Part shown: positions 7,342 to 10,249 of the stretch, in pieces
How positions within the stretch are numbered: position 1 is the stretch's first letter
Layout: every line of letters starts with the position of its first letter
Source of the DNA: Candidatus Bathyarchaeum sp.
GTDB lineage: Archaea; Thermoproteota; Bathyarchaeia; Bathyarchaeales; Bathyarchaeaceae
Assembly (NCBI GenBank): GCA_026014495.1
Contig: JAOZIF010000085.1
Coordinates: 1 to 10,249 of the forward strand
Direction of reading: 5' to 3'
Length of the DNA stretch: 10,249 bases
Made by a program: the position numbers and the translations under genes
Notes under the pieces: model-generated
Database searches by the model: none
The model's input: only the letters and a program-made list of their open reading frames with translations
Told to the model about the DNA's origin: nothing

Positions 7342-7605
7342 ATGCCTAAACCAAGAGGACCAGAGACCCAAAAAATGCTTAGGTCTATTGTTACTTTGCT
7401 TCGCAACACAACATGGAAGTGTGGAAAAATCGAGCGACGCGTCATGGATTACTTGCAAGGTCAACATAAAAAGCAAGGGGCTGCTCAAACTCCGGTTACA
7501 GATATAATCCAACATTTTGAGGTTCGTGGAAAAAAGAAGAGCGAGTACCTTGAAGCAATACAACGGCTAGAAAAACGTAACATAATCAAGCTATCCATAA
7601 TTTAA
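7342..7605 (+). CDS. Hypothetical 87-aa basic protein, probable winged-helix fold
   Basis: Strong RBS GGTGA (7331-7335) 6 nt before the ATG. The helix pattern IERRVMDYLQ...VTDIIQHF...EYLEAIQRLEKRNII resembles wHTH domains. Confidence 0.7.
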   Translation: MPKPRGPETQKMLRSIVTLLRNTTWKCGKIERRVMDYLQGQHKKQGAAQTPVTDIIQHFEVRGKKKSEYLEAIQRLEKRNIIKLSII

Positions 7606-7718
7606 CCAAAAACAATTAACTGATAAAGCATCAACCGCACAACAGTAGTGTGCACATTATTGCTAAGCACAAAAGCATCCAAAGAATTGTGGTCTGATGT
7701 AGCTATCCATCATGTTTT

Positions 7719-7758
7719 AACTCCCTCGGAATGAGTATGCCTTTTAAGTTGCGCCTAA
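7719..7758 (+). promoter_or_regulatory. 40-bp direct repeat copy B: operator copy 3 plus TTTTAA TATA-like box, promoter of the second ABC operon
   Basis: AACTCCCTCGGAATGAGTATGCCTTTTAAGTTGCGCCTAA. TTTTAA (7742-7747) ends 22 nt before in-frame ATG 7770, the spacing expected for a leaderless or near-leaderless archaeal transcript. Confidence 0.8.
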
Positions 7759-7769
7759 TTTGTATGAGA

Positions 7770-8720
7770 ATGATTATTATGCCATCAATCGAAGCGTCAA
7801 ACCTTTCAAAACATTACGGTTCCTTTGCTGCGGTGTCGAAACTAAACCTCAAGATTGAGGGCGCAAAATGTGTTGGTTTTTTGGGACCTAACGGTGCAGG
7901 AAAAACAACCACTCTCAAAATGTTTACTGACTTAATCAGACCATCTTCTGGAGAAGCCCTGATAAACGGCATAAATGTGCACAAACAAAAAAGAAAGGCG
8001 CTTGAATCAGTGGGCACACTCATCGAAATGCCCGAAATTTATCCTGCACTAACACCACGAGAAGCACTATCTATGATTGCTGAGATTAGAGGCGTGCCTA
8101 AAGCTGAAAGAAAAACCCGCATAGAAGAAGCAGTTGCCGAAGTCAGAATGAACGAATGGATTGACAAGCGTGTCGGCAAATTCTCTAAGGGAATGAAACA
8201 AAGAATCTGTGTTGCATCTGCTATACTCAGTGACCCAAGTGTTGTTCTATTAGACGAACCTACCTCTGGGCTTGATCCTCGTGGAATGAGCGAAGTAAGA
8301 GACATCATAAAAGCGCTAAAAAACAAAAAGCGACTAATTTTCATGAGCAGCCACTTACTTAGCGAAGTTTCGGATGTCTGCGACGAGGTTGCAATTATCG
8401 ACCACGGTGAACTGCTTGTTTATGACACACTTTCTAATGTAACTTCAAAGGTTTCTGGCGGAGAAAGCGTTGTTGAAATTGGGCTTCGAAACACTGTTGA
8501 TGCTGAGCAGGTAACCAAGATAGCCGCAAAACTGCCATACATTGCCAAGGCTGAAAAAAGTGATGGCACAACATTCAGAATACATTTTGATGGTGGCTTG
8601 GAAGCACAAGAAAAACTTCTTGCTGATTTGGTTAAAATGAAGATTGGAATTGTCAGCTACAAACCCGCTTCATCTGCACTTGAAGGCGCATATTTGAGTC
8701 TTATAAAAAATACGTTGTGA
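7770..8720 (+). CDS. ABC-2 type ATP-binding subunit, BcrA/LanF-like
   Basis: Walker A GPNGAGKT, GTLIEMP at the Q-loop position, signature FSKGMKQR, Walker B VVLLDE, PTSGLD, SSH. The start is likely ATG 7770 or 7779 rather than 7731. Confidence 0.95.
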   Translation: MIIMPSIEASNLSKHYGSFAAVSKLNLKIEGAKCVGFLGPNGAGKTTTLKMFTDLIRPSSGEALINGINVHKQKRKALESVGTLIEMPEIYPALTPREALSMIAEIRGVPKAERKTRIEEAVAEVRMNEWIDKRVGKFSKGMKQRICVASAILSDPSVVLLDEPTSGLDPRGMSEVRDIIKALKNKKRLIFMSSHLLSEVSDVCDEVAIIDHGELLVYDTLSNVTSKVSGGESVVEIGLRNTVDAEQVTKIAAKLPYIAKAEKSDGTTFRIHFDGGLEAQEKLLADLVKMKIGIVSYKPASSALEGAYLSLIKNTL

Positions 8721-8725
8721 TAAAA

Positions 8726-9601
8726 ATGACCGAAACATCAACTCTTCCAAAAAATAAGGTACCAAGTAGCATAACTCAAGTTGGCATCACAACAAAGTAT
8801 ACGTTCATTGATTACTTTAGGTCACGCAGATTTTTCATACTATTAACTATAACTTTGTTGATAGGTGCACTGCTCACAGTTTTGGTTGGCTACTATCAAC
8901 CTGACAGTTTTCTTGCCTCTGAGTTAGGCTTTTATTCTAACTGGTGGGGCAACTCCGCAACATACGTTATCATACTTTCAGGAATTTTCTTTGGGGGCGA
9001 CGCAATCGTAGGCGAATTCCAGAACAAAACAGGCTACTTTGGGCTTCCAAACCCAATTAGGCGCTCTTCAGTGTATATTGGAAAGATGCTTGCAGCATTT
9101 TCTGCATCCACTGCAATATTGGGAATATTTACTTTAATCACAGTTGTTAATGGCGTGTACTACTTTGGCCTAAGTGTACCTTTAGAATTTGCTCAATCTG
9201 TGCTTTTTGCGTGGTTCTATCTCGCATCAGTTATTGGGTTCACATTCTTCTTTAGTTCATTGTTTAAGAGCAGCACAATGTCTACAATCGTGACGGCTAT
9301 CCTGTTCTTGTTTGCCTTTTCGCTTATTCAGACTCTCGTTTCGACGCTTGTAGGGATTGAGCCATGGTTCATCTTGACATACGGTGCACAAATCATAGGA
9401 AACGTATTGACTGTGCCGTATCCAGAACACAAAGTTGTAACCAGTTTTGGCGGTGGAGGACAAGCAGGAGTAAACGTGGGATTCTCGTTAACAACATTCA
9501 ATGCACAAATCCCAGTAGGTCTAGCAATAATAGGCATTTACTTCATAGTCACAGCAGTCCTAGGCTTGATACTCTTTGAAATAAAAGAATTCTCAGGATA
9601 A
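8726..9601 (+). CDS. ABC-2 type permease (COG1277/NosY-like), about 6 TM
   Basis: GGDAIVGEFQNKTGYFGLPNPIRRSSVYIGK matches the permease motif E...GT...L..P..R..i..gK, and there are six hydrophobic segments. GTGA (8717-8720, holding the ATPase stop) precedes ATG 8726; GTG 8717 is the alternative start. Confidence 0.9.
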   Translation: MTETSTLPKNKVPSSITQVGITTKYTFIDYFRSRRFFILLTITLLIGALLTVLVGYYQPDSFLASELGFYSNWWGNSATYVIILSGIFFGGDAIVGEFQNKTGYFGLPNPIRRSSVYIGKMLAAFSASTAILGIFTLITVVNGVYYFGLSVPLEFAQSVLFAWFYLASVIGFTFFFSSLFKSSTMSTIVTAILFLFAFSLIQTLVSTLVGIEPWFILTYGAQIIGNVLTVPYPEHKVVTSFGGGGQAGVNVGFSLTTFNAQIPVGLAIIGIYFIVTAVLGLILFEIKEFSG

Positions 9602-9717
9602 ACAGCACACGCAATAGTCAGGCGCCAACAAAAAACAAGTGCAAATAATCAAGAGATTCAAAGCAGTTCAAATTTCTCTGAGAAGCGTTCATACACTGAG
9701 TTTGCTGAATTTTAGTC

Positions 9718-9778
9718 AAAAAATATAAAAAAATAAAAAGACGAATTAGGCATCTAGCCCATCTTTTGGCTAAATGCC
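9718..9778 (-). terminator. Hairpin plus long U-tract downstream of the EF-2 gene
   Basis: The minus strand reads GGCATTTAGCC-AAAAGATG-GGCTAGATGCC (11-bp stem with one G.U pair, 9749-9778), then TTTTTATTTTTTTATATTTTTT (9739-9718). Confidence 0.6.
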
Positions 9779-9792
9779 GTGTTTGTTTGTGG

Positions 9793-10248
9793 TTATGCTG
9801 TGTCGATGAATTTGTTGGCTTTAGGTATTTCTTCGGGTAGTCCACGTCTTTTTCGTATGCCTGCTATGACTTCCATAGATATGCTTTCAGGAACTTTTTC
9901 CCAGTGGTCAAACTGTGTTTGCCAGAAGGCGTGACCTGAAGTTGCGCCTCTCATATCTGCGGAGAGACCAAAAGTTTCGGAGACTGGAAGGTATCCAGTG
10001 ATGTTTGTTATTGGTCCTTTTTGTTCGGAGGAGACGATTCTGCCTCTCTTGCGGGTTATTAAGCCTGTTACGTCACCGACGAATTGATGAGGAACTGAAA
10101 CTCCAATCTTGTAGATTGGTTCAGACAGAACTGGTTTGGCAGTAAGGAAAGATCCCCATAGCGCGCGTTTCATTGCTGGCATGATCTGTGCGGGTCCACG
10201 GTGTACTGGGTCTTCGTGCAGTTTTGCGTCCAACAGTTTTACTTTGAC
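9793..10248 (-). CDS. fusA: Archaeal translation elongation factor 2 (aEF-2), C-terminal domains IV-V, 5'-truncated by the window edge
   Basis: The frame is open to the edge (VKVKLLDAKLHEDPVHRGPAQIMPA). It carries the diphthamide-loop HRG motif, LSEPIYK, RKRGRI, LPVSETFGL...MRGATSG.AFW..QFDHW and IRKRRGL. Confidence 0.96.
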   Translation of the reverse strand, partial: VKVKLLDAKLHEDPVHRGPAQIMPAMKRALWGSFLTAKPVLSEPIYKIGVSVPHQFVGDVTGLITRKRGRIVSSEQKGPITNITGYLPVSETFGLSADMRGATSGHAFWQTQFDHWEKVPESISMEVIAGIRKRRGLPEEIPKANKFIDTA

Positions 10249-10249
10249 T

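Noticed and set aside
7731-7769. N-terminal extension MSMPFKLRLICMR of the second ABC ATPase
   Set aside because: ATG 7731 lies inside the operator, upstream of the TATA-like box, and the same DNA is non-coding in repeat copy A.
8272-8291. Operator-like TTGATCCTCGTGGAATGAGC inside the ATPase gene
   Set aside because: Explained by the coding sequence (LDPRGMS), needs a gap to align, and has no adjacent TATA-like box.
337-9845. Antisense or alternate-frame ORFs in the track (e.g. 337-618, 1457-1666, 1897-2157, 2197-2493, 2656-2904, 2969-3244, 3625-3906, 4147-4653, 5301-5504, 5538-5882, 6019-6204, 7327-7563, 7814-8023, 8039-8344, 9257-9579, 9618-9845)
   Set aside because: They largely shadow well-supported genes or span regulatory intergenic DNA, and show no recognisable motif or RBS.
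1-10249. tRNA, rRNA, transposase or integrase genes
   Set aside because: No cloverleaf, rRNA-like segment, or DDE/HUH/recombinase motif was recognised on either strand by eye.

Overview
Archaeal genomic DNA, probably TACK/Bathyarchaeia-like (inferred from an archaeal EF-2 C-terminus, a DUF1512 gene, TATA-like promoters and GGTGA ribosome-binding sites). Left to right: (1) the 3' part of an AT-rich PD-(D/E)XK nuclease gene; (2) a 330-bp convergent intergenic region dense in iterated palindromes; (3) a leftward PadR - DUF1512 - DUF4386 run, divergent from a DrrAB-like ABC-2 exporter, with a perfect 9-bp inverted repeat between them; (4) a rightward module of a 4-TM protein, an overlapping winged-helix regulator, a possible 27-aa Cys peptide, an 87-aa winged-helix-like orphan and a BcrA/LanF-like ABC transporter; (5) the 3' end of elongation factor 2. 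Two observations stand out. A 19-bp palindrome (AACTCATTC-N-GAATGAGTT) recurs just upstream of a TATA-like box in front of all three units of module 4, suggesting a self-contained regulon. The DUF1512 C-terminal domain looks like a circularly permuted hydrogenase-maturation-protease (HycI/HybD/YyaC-like) fold. Family assignments come from motif recognition only; no searches were run.
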